The translations under genes were made by a program, and so were the position numbers. This document shows positions 52,321 to 64,000 of a stretch of DNA of 64,000 nucleotides, piece by piece. Every line of letters begins with the position of its first letter. Position 1 is the stretch's first letter. The stretch comes from Marsupella aquatica (lineage: Eukaryota; Plantae; Marchantiophyta). The DNA is taken from assembly GCA_973895155.1 (NCBI GenBank), contig OZ316898.1:18115292-18179291 (forward strand), in the 5' to 3' direction. The notes below the pieces were generated by a model. The model searched no databases. It was given only the letters and a program-made list of their open reading frames with translations, and had not been told where the DNA came from.

Positions 52321-53478
52321 GTGTGAAGAGGATGGAGACACTCCAAGCACAAATCACATTTGAGTCAGATCCAAATGTTGTCCTCAACCAACTGAAAAGT
52401 TGAGAATACAGGGCTTGATTTAGTTTGTGTAGTATGCGAGAAACCCTCCAGAAATACTAGTCCTGCTGAAATAGAAGCAACCGCATTGGTAAATTCTCAT
52501 TATCCTATGTACTGTGAAATTACTTGTGCAGCCGTTCCCTTTAAACACATCCACTTTACAAGACCAGTCCCGGCAAATTCATGGCATCTTATACATTTTC
52601 GAATCACTTGTCCAGCCGTTCCCTTTACACACATTAGTTACAAGACCAGTCCCAAGGCCCAGGAAGATGCCAAACTGAACGATCTTTGACTAAAATTATT
52701 GAACTGATGGTATGAATGACAAGGCCACATATTCAGTAATCTTCCAAACTTTCCATTTCAGGCAGCGGAAGAAGATCTGGTGCAGTTATGAAAACTGAAA
52801 GATGTTGAATTTGTAATTACTCTAGATGCCTACATCCGAGTAACAGCCATATTCGATAATGACAAGACTGGGATGGATCGCAGGCAGACACAAGGCTTTG
52901 ACAGATCTCTAGACGATGTGAAATCATGCCGCATGAATCTCTTCTAATCTGTTGGAGCAATGAAATCAAATTGAAATCAGATGTGAAATCATGCCGCATG
53001 AATATTCATACAACCCTTTCAAAGCTTTCACGAGAAAACATAACTCTAGGAGGGAAGACCAAGCTGACCACTGAAGAAATCTTGCATTGCATCTGTTATT
53101 TTACTCATGAAGAATATCACAGTACATCAATGATTACAAGAACCAATGCACCCACTCCTTCAGTTTCTTAAACGTCATCAGCTACGGCACGATCTCTTGT
53201 CAGCCTGCTAACTGCTTCATTGCACTCCAATGATTTGACCGCAGGTTTGAAATCCCCAATCCTGCTAATGATACGTGACATTTATGAATATAAGGGAGTG
53301 TGGGTGTACTTCAGGCACAGATCAATATGATCATTGCTTCACGGACTTAGATGGACACTGCTCGGACCAGAGTGACAGCACAAATGCAGCTCTCTGATGC
53401 AAATATTACTCAAAGACGTTCCGTTGGTCTACTACACTTCGAAGAAAACAATCCAGTCAACAATTTCGCTTCTTCCTT

Positions 53479-56400
53479 TCAAATTGTTAATGTGTTGTTC
53501 TTCCATACTTTGCCAAGAGTCCTCCGGACAATAGATCGCAATTGGTGAAGTAATGATCCATAGAGCAGTCCAAATCTGTAACTCAGTTCAAATACCTCTG
53601 CACAAAAAACACAGATGATCAAATCACAAGATCTCAAAGTAGACCATAATGCAAAAATCCAAACTTGCATTAACCTCGAGTGAAAGAGCTGAGTCCTTCT
53701 CCATGGCAACAAGCAGAACAAAGAGTATTAAAGCGGAGCATAAAAAGAACTCTGCCTTCAGGAACTGCTATCTGGAAATGAAATGGGGTATTAAAGCATT
53801 TTCTAGCTGTAATTTAACAATTCACAAGGCCGCAAGTTATTTGTAAGACCAAACGGTTTGATTACCAACCTAATCGGATCCTTAGATTTGCATAATCATA
53901 GAAAGCTTTTGTGTTCGCTTTCCAGCCTCTAGTGTCTCTTCCTGTAATTGTAACCAAGCTCACAGATGTAAATCAGAAATCGGGCAATGACTTTGATAAC
54001 AATCTAGAACAAAAGCGTAAGCCATCCAGCTAAAGTCACAACCAGTGATAGATAACATACCTGATCCCCTACGATCCTCTAAGGCAAGCCCCATAACTGC
54101 ATATTTGGCATTTGCCATCAAGCGCATGCGAGGCTGTGCTCCCAGTTTATGGGTTATAGACCTTAGGAGTCCACTGTTTCAGGGAAAACAAGATGTTAAA
54201 AGAAATCCAGCTCTAAGACTATTCAGCTGCTGGCAGCCAACATCATTACGGACTATCAAATGCAACCATAGAACTACTGAAATTTTAATGGTTTTTGCCA
54301 CATTTACGGAATTCCAACCCAGTCGCTACCTGAAACGTGCTCCTAAACACAAAACTTCGTAACGGTGTTGGGAGATTTTCATTCAAAAATAAAGTCAAAA
54401 GATACGCAATCTCACAGTAGTTAGTCACATGATATCACAATTACAAGGTCTGCGAGAAGAGAGCAGGGGATGTTAGCACTTTGTCCTACTCAGTTCGCAG
54501 GACAGTCAAGAAATCTCGAGGTAAACCCTCCATAAACTCAGAAATGTCACCCATGGTGAAATGTTGGACCTCTGATCTTAGGTGGGCCTTCTCTTCTGAA
54601 GTCATCCCCTTCCCCAACCCACCCTTGCTGCACAGTGAAGAGTGGTAAAGTCAACTACAAGCAAACTTACGAGCTGTATTTCTGTGATGCTACATAAACA
54701 TATTTTATGGCAAGCACACAAGTAGACCGGATCAAAACCTCTGAAATCGTGAGCTTCTCGTACAAAAAACAAAGTTTTAACCGCTTCCTGGATCAAAAAG
54801 TGACTACCGACCACAACTATAGCCAAACAAAGTGCTCTACAGCAACGAAAATTAGGACATAAGTTTCCATCTTTTCCTTCCGGCTTAAGAACAGTTAGAT
54901 GTGTTGAAGTCTCACCTGCCTATTGGACGCCCAGTGAAAATGACAGGTAGGTACCGGTAATATTTTCCAGCACCAAGCCGATCACCAATCTTCTCCATTT
55001 CATTTGGGTCAAGCAAAATCAATGCCTTCCAAAGGCGACAGTAGTCAGCTCTAAATCGATCATCCAGTTCTCTGTATAGTCCATGGTCTAGCAACACTGC
55101 GTTGGCCACCTCCAACCAAAACAAATGAATACTACATGAGTGTCCTCTCCTGAATAATTGGCGAATCTGTGTTCAAGGATGTGAATTTGTTACCAATACC
55201 ACAGAGCGCTAGGACTGAAGGTCACCAACTACTCACAATAATAACTCAGGAGATTAGCATTCTAGATAGAAATTGACGTACCTAAATCGAAGTTTCGTTT
55301 CCCTCTGCTCTCATCTCGGCGATGGATGAGAATGTTCCCAGGATGAGGATCCCCATGTACAAATCCATGGCAGAAAACCATTTCTGCAAATACCTCAATT
55401 AACAGCTCCGCTACCTGCCATCAAATGCACTTTCTATTAGGATTGCGGCTTCTTCCCATAAACAACAATTATTCACTGCGGCCTTTAAGATAATTCGTTC
55501 GTCAAAAGCTCAGAGAGGACAGTAACGAGGATATCACAATAACATGCAACAGCTTTCTGACACAATAAAGGCAGCAAATTTAACAACAATTATGGAGGCA
55601 GACTTCTGAACACCTTGCGATTCTCAATTGCACGTCCCATTTTCAAAGGAATCATTTTCGTACATTGAAGACAACAATTATTCGTTTCTAAGTCTGGACA
55701 ATACAAGCAATATGAAGGTCCAACGTTTGAAGAGAATTTGTGACACACTTGTAATGGATCGACTCCCGCCTTCGTCAAACGTTCCACGTCATCAACCTTG
55801 AAAAACGCTCAGCCACGTAAGAACCAGCCCTTTGATTATGACCCTCCATAGTTTGCATGCATCCACAACCTAAGTTCTTCCTGCGATGCTAGCAAGCAAA
55901 AGACAAGTAATACACCATGTGCCTTCTCAATTTCAAATTTGTGGAGGAGTAAAAAGACTGCCCAGCGAATGGAAGCTCTGCATACCTTACAGCCATCCAT
56001 GAATTCCATGGTCAAGACACGCTCCGTAGTGTAGTCCTGCAAGGTGGAAAATACCTTCTGTTACTTGACTAGTACTTTAGGGTATAATATGGCTCCGATA
56101 GTAATAGGATCCGATAAACAACCAGTACAAAGCTACGCCACGGCAACATACCCAAAATATATGTGGCACTTTCAAATGATCATTATTGATGAAATTCCTC
56201 GCTGTGTGCTCTGCATTCTTTCCTTCCATGAGGAAATCTGCACAACGACATTAGCATTAGCCTCCACATGCTTCTCACCCTTTCTCTTCCTTAGTTGACA
56301 GGTTCACTTGCCTCCTTGTGATTCGACCGAATATCTAATTTAAGTTTCAGCAATCATTGCCCGGATACAACAAAAATCAAAGCAGTTACGTACTTAATTC

Positions 56401-59400
56401 TTTCGACAAATTCTTCTCAAACTCTGGCACAATCCATTCGAACTGATAATCTGGAAATAGCTGCAAAAGCAAGAGCCAGCAGCAACAGATGAGAACCAGA
56501 CTATTGTGAGAGACCCAAAGAAACGGCATGCTCCTCTGTGATTGAGATGACGTTCAGTACATGAGTAAGTGATTAGCAACATGAGCTGGAAACAATTACT
56601 ATTCGCAATGGTCAGAAATGCATACAATATCCGTTCTTGAGATGTCCCTACTGCAGGTATCCGAGATATTGTCAACCAAAGTTTTCTTGGACTTGTCCTA
56701 ATATGAGAGACACTATTTCTTTGTTCTGAAATGAAACCCGATGAGAAAGCATGTGAAGTGATTAATAAGACAACTCATACCCATGAAACAGCCTTTGACA
56801 GAAAGGCCATTGTGTTGACATCCGTCTGAAATTGTTCTTGAAGCTGTGGATATTGGACCTGTCTTTTGGGATACACGGTCAATAACAGTTATCCTGGTAG
56901 ACTACAATTAAATTGTTGGGGTACCTGAATCCACATGCCTCTAACTTGGGTCAAGACTACTAAACTCAGACTGAAAAAGAAGAGGTGTAGACAAATTAAA
57001 AACAGAACTCTTGTGCTGACATGTTGGTTATAGATCAATATATTTTCCCTCCTTTCTTCAAAGAAAACCTGAACTTGAAACATGAGCATCAACTATTTCC
57101 AAATGCCAATGAAACTTACCTTGACAGCGACACCTTTGCCATCTTTCAACACTGCACGGTGCACTTGTGCAAGAGAAGCAGCAGCAATAGGTTCCTTGTC
57201 GAACTCTGCAAATCTGTCAGAGCAACCAAACCCATGTCATTGGTATGAAAGACAGGAACAGTTCACCTACAATGATTAACATCCATTCTGCTAATGGAAA
57301 TATTTAGATCCATTGTTCCCTGTTGCCTCCTGCAAACTTCATTAATTCTTCACCATGGAGTACAAGGATTCAACAAATACTTGGACAACAGATAACACAC
57401 ATGGTAAACTAGTTGTCAATTGACCCTGAACTATACAATTACCCTAAATTCGAATATTCTCATAATCTCTCATCATAATGGTCCGTAGCACGGTGCTCCT
57501 TCATTTGGAGATCTGATCCATCAGTATAATATGACATCCTTGCTCAAAATTCAAAAGCCGTAGATCTTGGTAGTCTGCTCATCGGCATCCATTAAATGAA
57601 CAAAGGAAATTTTACTCACATGTCTAACACTTCGTTGCCAAATTCACTGACAAGAACACGCTCTATAGCTTGAAATGGCCTCGACCGGGCCTGAAGTCAT
57701 CCAACCAAAATTGACATCAACGGATTGAACCATGTTGACCATAAATCCCGTTCTTTAGGTGAGTAGCAGATGTCAATGGGAGATCTACACCCACTGCCGC
57801 CTCAGAATACTTTGATTAGTCGAAACAAAAGCGTTGCACTTTCTTTCTAAACATTCAACAGTTTAAAAAACATATGTACTATTAAAGTGATCCCTCTCCA
57901 CTCACTGGATATTGAACACATATTTGGCTACATACTCGAATGTCTATTTCTATCTTAACACTATTGAGTTAACATTGTGTCCCTGAACACAAGGAGTAAA
58001 AACAAGACTTAAAAGTGCAATAATCTTTTAACATGCCTCGTTTACGCGAAGGGACATAGAACAGTAGAACTATCTTCTGATCTTTATCCGGATTAAGAAG
58101 ACATCCTTACTTGGTCTTGTAATACAGCGAGTGTTGATGCAAACTCCTTGGGGATATTTTGCAGAGACCCAACGAATTGCCCAGCTTTGATATAAAATCC
58201 TCTATTAGCCTCGCAAAGTTCTAGAATGCGCTGTGCAGCACGTTTATGAACCTGTCAATGAACAGACGTTATACACAAAAACAGATCCACAGAACTCTTT
58301 TGCTAGTATTTAACAGTCGTGCATATGGCAGAAAACATCGCTTTGAATTGTTGTATGACGATTTAGTTGCGAAAACACATGACAGGGTCAGGTTTGACAA
58401 GTAATGTCTGCTCATTAGAAGCACAAATCCTGACTCTTGTCTGGAAATCCAATTGAGTAAATTTTACTTAAATATTACGTCCTCTCTTGTGTTTCACGAT
58501 TGCGTCGATTTCCTTCAAGCTACTCATTACGACACCTTGTGTGACCTGTCCAAATTCATGCAAACCTTCAGAAGGGATCTCCATGGAGGCTAAATATTGA
58601 AGCAGAAGAGGAGAGGAGCCAATCCCCTCAAGTTGCCCCTCGTTAGATGTTATCAGCTGGCCCTGGACTAATATCACAAGGACTGTGTGACGGTCTAATT
58701 CATCATCACTGCAACTGAATGTGCCGGGAGGTTAATAATGCCCTAACCCTGTTTCTTTGACAAAATTAATTGGTTTCAGCAGTGTACATCGTCATCTTTG
58801 GATAAACCATTTACACCCTCCCTCAAAATAATTCCCTATCTCAGATTACATAAATAGGGCGATTTCGTTCGTGCACATGCTACATAGCAGAATTGTGAAG
58901 CGCTATAGTTAGAAACATCTGAGAGAAGATGGCATGGAGGGAGCTTCACCTCAGAACGGGCCGCATAATAATCAGGCGACTGGTCGTCATAGCCACTTAG
59001 ACTGAACTTATAATCGCAAGAATTTAAAGCAAACTGCACTAGCAACAAACCACCAAGCTCAAATTAATTTCTTAACTTAGAGGACAAGTCAAAAGCTGCA
59101 ACATTAGGAACATCAACAAAATCTGATGATCGCTCATAAGCTGAATCGTCAACCTGCCTCTAAACAATCTTGAACGACGAATTGAGTTTAGTAAAATGTC
59201 AAAGCACTCGAGAAGGACATTGGGGGAAGGGAACCTCAATTGCAGCACCAACTCGCTCCTACGAAATCAACTTGATGAAGAAAAGAAAACAGAAAAATTG
59301 ACAGAGACACGGGAAAACTGTCATGGACGTAGGAGAAGGGGGGCTGGGTTTATGCACCGTGTAAATGGCACGCGAAGAGCGAAGCAAACCCTGCTGAGCC

Positions 59401-59597
59401 GCAAGAACTGAGGCAAACGGACCACCATCAGAGCCCACGTCCCAAAAGGATGAGAAAAATGACAGAGGATGGTCCGCCGAGGAGAATGTGACGGCCACTC
59501 TGGTGGAGGCCGACGTAGTGACAGCAGCTGCGGCAGCAGTGGAGACGGCGGCCACAGTCAACACGCGAGGCACCCAACCTCGCAATCTCTTCGCCAT
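53479..59597 (-). CDS. ABC1K14: ABC1/UbiB atypical protein kinase (ABC1K14-like, ADCK1/5 group), about 16 exons
   Basis: [90 protein letters not shown] and [14 protein letters not shown] all lie in GT-AG-bounded exons. Stop at 53481-53479. Confidence 0.92.
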
Positions 59598-59896
59598 ATA
59601 TGAAAGCAATCAACCAATTCACCCACCCACAGGACCCAGCAGAGCCAAATCCGATAGAATAGATTCTTGTTTTCAGTTCTTTCCCGGTCCAAGTGAATCT
59701 CGTCGATGGTGTTCACAGTTCATGTTCTGTACATGAGCCTCGCAATTTCTTTGCCATATATAAAAAGCAACCAACCAATTCACCCACCCACAGAGCCCAG
59801 CAGAGCCAAATTCAATAGAAAAGATCCTTGCTTTCAGCTCTTTCCCGGTCCAAGTGAGTCTCGTCGATGGTGTTCACAGTTCATGTTCTGTACATG
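59578..59896. repeat. 2 x 160-bp tandem duplication including the ABC1K14 start codon
   Basis: Copies start CCTCGCAAT at 59578 and 59738 and are moderately diverged. Confidence 0.92.
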
Positions 59897-62749
59897 CGCC
59901 AGCTTCTTCCAAGCTTCAACCGAGCTTCAACCGAGCTTCTTCCGAGGCTGTTCCTGCTGTTGGAGTGTCAAGTAAGGCATTTTGGAGTTGTGTGAACGAA
60001 GGAAGAGCTGCGCTGAAGTGCCATTCATGCAATCATTTCATTCAATCATTTCGGCAAGAACGCTTTGTGGCATCGGAAATGAATTGCGCGGGCCTGATTG
60101 ACGTTGCGTCTCCCACGATGCACGATTTTTTTCTGGCCACTGAATCGCCCACTAAACCTTCGGGCTCTGTCTCGTCCCAAGCCCGAAACGAGGTTTTTGG
60201 CCCTGCTTTAATTTAATGCCAAGTAATGTTGCATCGTGCGAGGTATTCTATAATGCTAGCAAACTCGAATTTTGTTAGCGAGACACTTGAGTTTTTAAAT
60301 TTCTTTTGTTTTTTCTTGTCTTTTATATTTTTTGTGTGGTTTTTATGACTCCAGATCGCTAGCTATATCCCTAGCAAAAAGAGGAGTCCCCAAAATGGAT
60401 GTTATCAACCAGGTACTGGTTAGCTAGACATTTGCATGTAGAAAAATTAGGGGTCATGTGAGTAAAAATTTTGCTAATGCAAGGAAACTTTTTACTGTTT
60501 CCTCACACGGTTACAATGACCCACATCGTGCTCACTTGGGTTCCATTCATAGATGCACACATAATCCAATTGACAATTTTTGCCACAATGTTTTTATCTA
60601 CAAACATGTCAGGATTTCATACATGGAATACAAGATCACTACCTTCATGGAATAACCTACATGGAATTGGAAGGTCTTATCTTTAGTGGCAATGTCCAAA
60701 AAAAAAAAGTTGTTTCTTTACATTCTAGGGAGTCTCAAAGCTTCATAGTTAGGGATGATGGCTTTGGCGATAAACAAATGGCCATAGCTTTTTTTCACTG
60801 GCATATGACAAGTTTCTATGGCATTGCATATGGCAAGTTTTATGGCATTGCATATGGCCATAAAAACTTAAATCTATAACTCCTTTCCTCGATTTGATTT
60901 AGTGGGCAATTTAGGACCATCAAACCCGCCATCAAATTCTAAGGTTTGAGACCCTTTACTTGTCTGATTGCCAGTTTTCTAGCACAAATAGAGGTGAACA
61001 TAGAGAGAGATGAGGATAGCCTATTCTTTGAGCATATATAGAGTACATTCAAGTCCATTGCCCATTTATGTTCAATTGATAAAGCACTTAGTAATTGAAT
61101 CAAAGCCTTGGAAGGTTCTTGTACGATTGAACGCAGAGTTAAGTTGCATTCAAACAAGCAGCCCTATTTTTTAACACCCAAGGCCCAGGCCTGATATTAC
61201 TCAGACTAAACACTTCATACTCGGAAGGTAATGATTAGTTATTCAAAGGAAATATGCTATTCTAAGTTCAAATTGAGTTTTATAACTGTCTATGCAGCAG
61301 CCACTTTGCTAATCCTCCTCCAAGGAGACTCTTCGGACAACAAAATTCTTGACTTTCCTGACAGCTGAGACCTCAAAGGGCTATTTGTAAAGATCTAACT
61401 GTCACCCTTAGTCTCTGGAGGATCTAAAGGTCAGTGTCAATGTGTAAGGTGAATATTGTCACAGATTCCTTCCTCTCTTACTATATGATGAACCAATTGC
61501 ACTATTCTGGAATTTAACAGGAAAATGGCTGACTTGCAGGTTTTGACAGTCTATCCAAGCATCTTGTCAAACATTTTGTTCTATGGGGGGTTAGGTTCCA
61601 GGAACTGACTCTACACTGTTTGCCTTTATTGGTCTTATTGCCAAATTCCGAGTTGTCTGTAATTAACCTTGGTAACCCTCATTTGAGAGTGGAGTCAGCT
61701 TCAGCAGAAAATAACAGCATTAGAGTGGGTTGTCTTACTACTGCTATTGTGGATTGCAATTCCATGACAAGTAATTTCCGCTTGTCAAATCCTACAATTG
61801 CTGTGCTATCGCAATGTTTGCTCATGTTCTGTCTTGTTTGAGATTTGGTCAAGATGCAAACAAGCCCAATGTGTCTTTGAAATGTGGTTCCCTTGATTGT
61901 TTCACTTGATTTTGCTTTGGGGTCACCTTGCTCTCGAAAGAGTGTGATGCCCCAACAAAATTAGCTGTACCCAAATGTTTCTTAGGGTGCATTATTAGTG
62001 TCAGTCCTTAATTAATGTTTTTTTAACTTGAAATGAAGTGTAACAGCAAAAAAGATTAGGCTCCACAAATAATGTTAGCATCAATTAAGGTGAAAGGGTA
62101 GATACTCCACTGAAAACATTAGGCTACTTAAATAGTGTTACCAAGAACAATTACAGCCAAGAGTGTTAGGTTGTGCCTCTAGTATAGTTAATTTATTTCA
62201 TCATACTAATAAGATAGCAAGTGTTTGAGTTTCAGGCTCCTATAGACCATGGGAGAGGTTATACCCAAGGGGACAGAACTTTATGCTCATACTTGAAGGA
62301 TCACTCCTTAGGTGTAAAGGAGTGGGGTGAAAGGAGAAACTCTAGCTCATTGGCTATGTAGGGTGCAATCAACTCATATTACTGGTTTTTTCTTGCGACT
62401 GTGTACATAGCCACGACGGGGTGAATACAACCTTCAATGATGCTCTTGCTAAATGTTTATATACATGTGTTGACGCTGTCTTGTTTGACGTAGGTTACTC
62501 TCCAACAAAGGGTAGATGGTCCCTCCATACACCCGGAAAATGGGTACCAGACTGGTTGTAGCAATTCATCCAAGCACCTTGTCAAGCCTTATGGGAATTG
62601 GGTTTCCTTGAAACCCACACTAGATCCGCCCCCACATTCAGAGCCTTCCCAGTTCCCACAGCCCACCTTTGGTGTGAGAAGAATTGCTTCTCTAGGAATC
62701 ATCGATGGCGGAGTCCCCATAACCCAAAAGCTCCTTTCTTTCCTTGTCT

Positions 62750-62790
62750 TCCCTCCCTCCCTCCCTCCCTCCGTCCCTCCGTCCTTCCTC
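62750..62790. repeat. (CCCT)n pyrimidine-rich microsatellite upstream of the lipoyl synthase gene
   Basis: CCCTCCCTCCCTCCCTCCCTCCGTCCCTCCGTCC. Confidence 0.75.
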
Positions 62791-63384
62791 CTCGTGGGTA
62801 CCTTCGCTCCACATGAATGGAAGAAAGAAATCAATTCTTCAATTGCTCTCTCTCATTGAATTCGTCTGCCAATTCTGCAATTTCTCATTTGTTCTTGAAT
62901 CGGTGTCCCAGACAGAAGATGGTGATTTCTCAGCTGGACTGAGCCTGTGAGAGGTGATTCTTGGTCGATTGCATTTTTCTTTGTCCGTCTGGTGTTCTCA
63001 ATTCACAATCGTGTGAGGCAGGAAGGAAGGGAAGGGAAGGACACGAGAAGTGCCCAAGGAAGAAAGTTGAGGAAGGAGATTGGTGTGCATCTTCGCTAAT
63101 CGTCGTTTTCTTCTCGTCCTCCTCGAGCTCAAACGAACTTCTCCATTTTCGCAGTCCCATTTCTCATCTCTCCTTATGCCCAATTCCTGGTTCTTCTCCC
63201 TCTCCAGCCAGACCGCCAGCCACAGCTCAATTCATTTGTGAAGCAGCAGTTAGGGTAATGATGCTGCCGCTGGAGGAATCGCAGCAAATGTGAAGGAGGA
63301 ATTACTAGACGGGACTGGATTGTGCCCCATTCTACATCGGGTTGCTTTTCGGCATCTCTGTTGAAAAGAGGGAGGGTTTTGGGT

Positions 63385-63837
63385 ATGGCGACAGCAATTT
63401 GTGGCCATGTGCTGTCCGGCGGGGTTCAATTGCAGTCATCTGTGTCAACAGGAGGGAATTTCTACAAGCAGGTGGAAAACAAATGCTTAGGAGGAGTAGT
63501 GGCACGAAAGCAGCAGGCAAGGCTAAGAATCCTTGCAGAGGCGACAGAGACTTCGAACTCTTCTTCTGCAGCTCCTCCGTCTTCAACTGCTGCTGCTGCA
63601 GATGTAAATATGAATCCCTCTTCAACGCTTTTTGAGGCTGCAGGCAAGCGGAGCGGAAGCGCCTCGTATCCTGGTGGATTGGGCCCGCACACTGGGAGGG
63701 ATCCGACCGTGAAGAAGCCGGCATGGCTGCGGCAAAGGGCTCCGCAGGGTGAACGGTACTCTGAGATGAAGGAGAGTCTCTCCTCTCTGAAGCTGAATAC
63801 GGTGTGTGAAGAAGCGCAGTGCCCGAACGTCGGCGAG
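63385..63837 (+). CDS. LIP1P: Plastid lipoyl synthase, first coding exon (gene continues beyond the window)
   Basis: Ser/Ala-rich transit peptide, then [40 protein letters not shown] (start of the CX4CX5C motif) and a GT donor at 63838. Confidence 0.93.
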
Positions 63838-64000
63838 GTACATCTCAATACCCTTCTATCTCCCTCCTGTTGTTGACGCTCTGTGTTGGCAGTGGACTTG
63901 TACAACATCAATTCATTCATTCATTCACGAGTTGATGCATTCTAGTCATCCATTGACGTCCATGAATGGTTTTCCCTTAGCATTTTAGAGCTTTTTTTCA

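Noticed and set aside
61100-61760. Highly decayed LINE reverse transcriptase on the minus strand (RLITDN, SGL-like traces)
   Set aside because: Traces are scattered across frames with no intact FADD box; unsupported without a search.

Overview
Eukaryotic, intron-rich land-plant nuclear DNA, probably from a non-seed plant (inferred from gene content and compact introns; not provable from sequence alone). Seven recognisable host genes, read exon by exon with GT-AG junctions: thylakoid FKBP16-3 (-), a G-patch protein of the GPATCH11 type (+), AAA ATPase CDC48B (-), a two-qRRM hnRNP H/F-like protein (+), a group-B-like fasciclin-like arabinogalactan protein (+), an ABC1K14-like kinase (-), and the first exon of plastid lipoyl synthase (+). 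The most unusual part is the accessory block at about 23.2-30.9 kb. It holds a putative LTR and PBS followed by a decayed antisense ORF of about 900 codons, then a MITE, then an intron-containing DUF3504/CryptonA-type tyrosine recombinase pseudogene abutting a roughly 1-kb copy of the neighbouring host gene. Also present are a family of GC-rich hAT-type MITEs, an LTR with a tRNA-iMet PBS, a foldback element enclosing a ~154-bp tandem array, and many short local tandem duplications, two of which duplicate a splice acceptor or a start codon of a host gene. All family assignments come from motif recognition by eye; no searches were run.
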